Source: Mobula birostris (taxonomy: Eukaryota). From it: DNA of 64,000 bases. The stretch covers positions 156,636,432-156,700,431 of the forward strand of contig NC_092374.1 in the NCBI RefSeq assembly GCF_030028105.1, in the 5' to 3' direction. Every line of letters begins with the position of its first letter. Positions within the stretch are counted from its first letter, which is position 1. Positions 62,761-64,000 of this stretch are shown piece after piece. The position numbers and the translations under genes were made by a program. The notes beneath the pieces are model-generated. The model was not told where the DNA came from and ran no database searches. It was given only the letters and a program-made list of their open reading frames with translations.

Positions 62761-63559
62761 CAACCCTAATCATCTCCTCAATATTGCAACGCTATGACGT
62801 CTTTAAATATTTTGCATTACAAAGAATTTCGTTTCTAATTGTGTTCTTTTTTGTATAATTCATTTACAATTTACATAAAATATGTTAACTTTGTTTACTC
62901 TATTTTTCTTCCAAATTTTGTGCCTCTGATGTTACAGTCTGTGTCTGTGATGTTGCTGCAAGTAAGTTTTTCTTTGTACCTGCTCTGCATGTACTTGTGC
63001 ATCTGACAATAAGCTCGACCATTCTCAGGCTGAGTTTTCACATTGCTCTAAGTTTTTTGAAACTTGGGTCCTTTACTATTTTATTTTCCATCTATCTTCT
63101 CACCTTCACATCTAATCACAGTGACCAAACTAAATTATGGCCCTGTGGACACCATATTGCACTGCAGCTTTTCCAACTAATCAAGCTGAATGAGAGAGTC
63201 TTAAATGTGAGGACACTTTCCATCAATGTGAAGGGGAACTGGAACATTATGGCATGTCTGATTCTCCTTACTGAGGAGCTATTAGAGCCCACCTCACTGG
63301 ATAGGTATAGTCACGGGATCAGATGGATTGAGAGATTCACTTTCCTCCAAAAATTCCTTTCCATTGACTTCCCTGAGATCTTAGAGTCTGCGCAGCATGG
63401 AAAATGGCCCTTTCCTCCCTTTCTGGTCCAAGTTGACCATCAACAGCCATTTGACACTAATCCTATTTTTATTTTTGCCCTTTCCCCCTTCAACTCCACC
63501 CAGATTTTTCCTCTCATCTGCCTGGGGTATTCTGCACAAGTTTTATCTGCCCTGTCAAT

Positions 63560-63925
63560 GGGAAAGACATCATTAAACTAGAAAGAGTGCAGAAAAGGTT
63601 TACCAATCTGCTCCCAGGACTTGAGAGAGGTTTGGGCTGGTGAACATAGTGGATTCGAGCACAGGAGATTGAAGGGTGACCTTACAGAGGTGAATAAATA
63701 GAACGAATCAATGATAGAATGAATGCATTTATTCTTTTTTTCTCAGGAAAGAGAAGCTAAACACAAGAAGGCATAGGTTTAATATAAGAGGGGAAAGATT
63801 TTAAAGTAACCTAAGAGGTAATTTCTTCATGCAGAGAATGTTGTATATATGGAATGAGTTGCTCGAGGAAGTACAATGACAACATTGAAATTCATTTGGA
63901 TGAGTAGATGGATAGGAAAGGTTTA
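63560..63925 (+). mobile_element. Degenerate CR1 3' relic
   Basis: KLERVQKRF..., GDL.EV, NFFMQR...IWNEL. Confidence 0.7.
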
Positions 63926-64000
63926 GAGCAGGAGTTCCCAAGTCTTTTTTATTCCAAGAACCAATACCATTAAGCAAGGGGTCCATGGACACCATGTTGG

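Noticed and set aside
62997-63581. 194-aa plus-strand ORF
   Set aside because: No recognisable domain; begins and ends in repeat-derived sequence; probably a chance ORF.

Overview
Eukaryotic, repeat-dense genomic DNA, not prokaryotic. The repeat set (CR1/HER1-type LINE tails, HE1-like tRNA SINEs, Penelope pLTRs, Rex1/Babar LINEs) points to a cartilaginous fish, probably a ray (inference). I found no intact cellular protein-coding gene. The long ORFs in the track are LINE/Penelope/Tigger remnants or artefacts of tandem repeats. Main observations: (1) On the minus strand, from ~52.3 kb down to ~1.0 kb, there is a colinear series of stop- and frameshift-disrupted exon relics in polycystin-1 domain order (LRRCT, WSC, C-type lectin, PKD repeats, REJ, GAIN/GPS). 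This is probably a long-dead, unprocessed PKD1-paralogue pseudogene. (2) Penelope-derived elements carry minimal hammerhead ribozyme motifs, including a TSD-flanked 62-bp tandem array ending in an inverted copy (26462-26852). (3) An HDV-like ribozyme core starts exactly at the 5' end of an RTE LINE (7958). (4) A 3.7-kb G-rich 36-bp minisatellite arose inside a SINE. (5) A composite, multiply nested hAT element occupies 4854-7367. All protein comparisons were made by eye against remembered family motifs; no database search was run. Coordinates of degenerate repeats are approximate.
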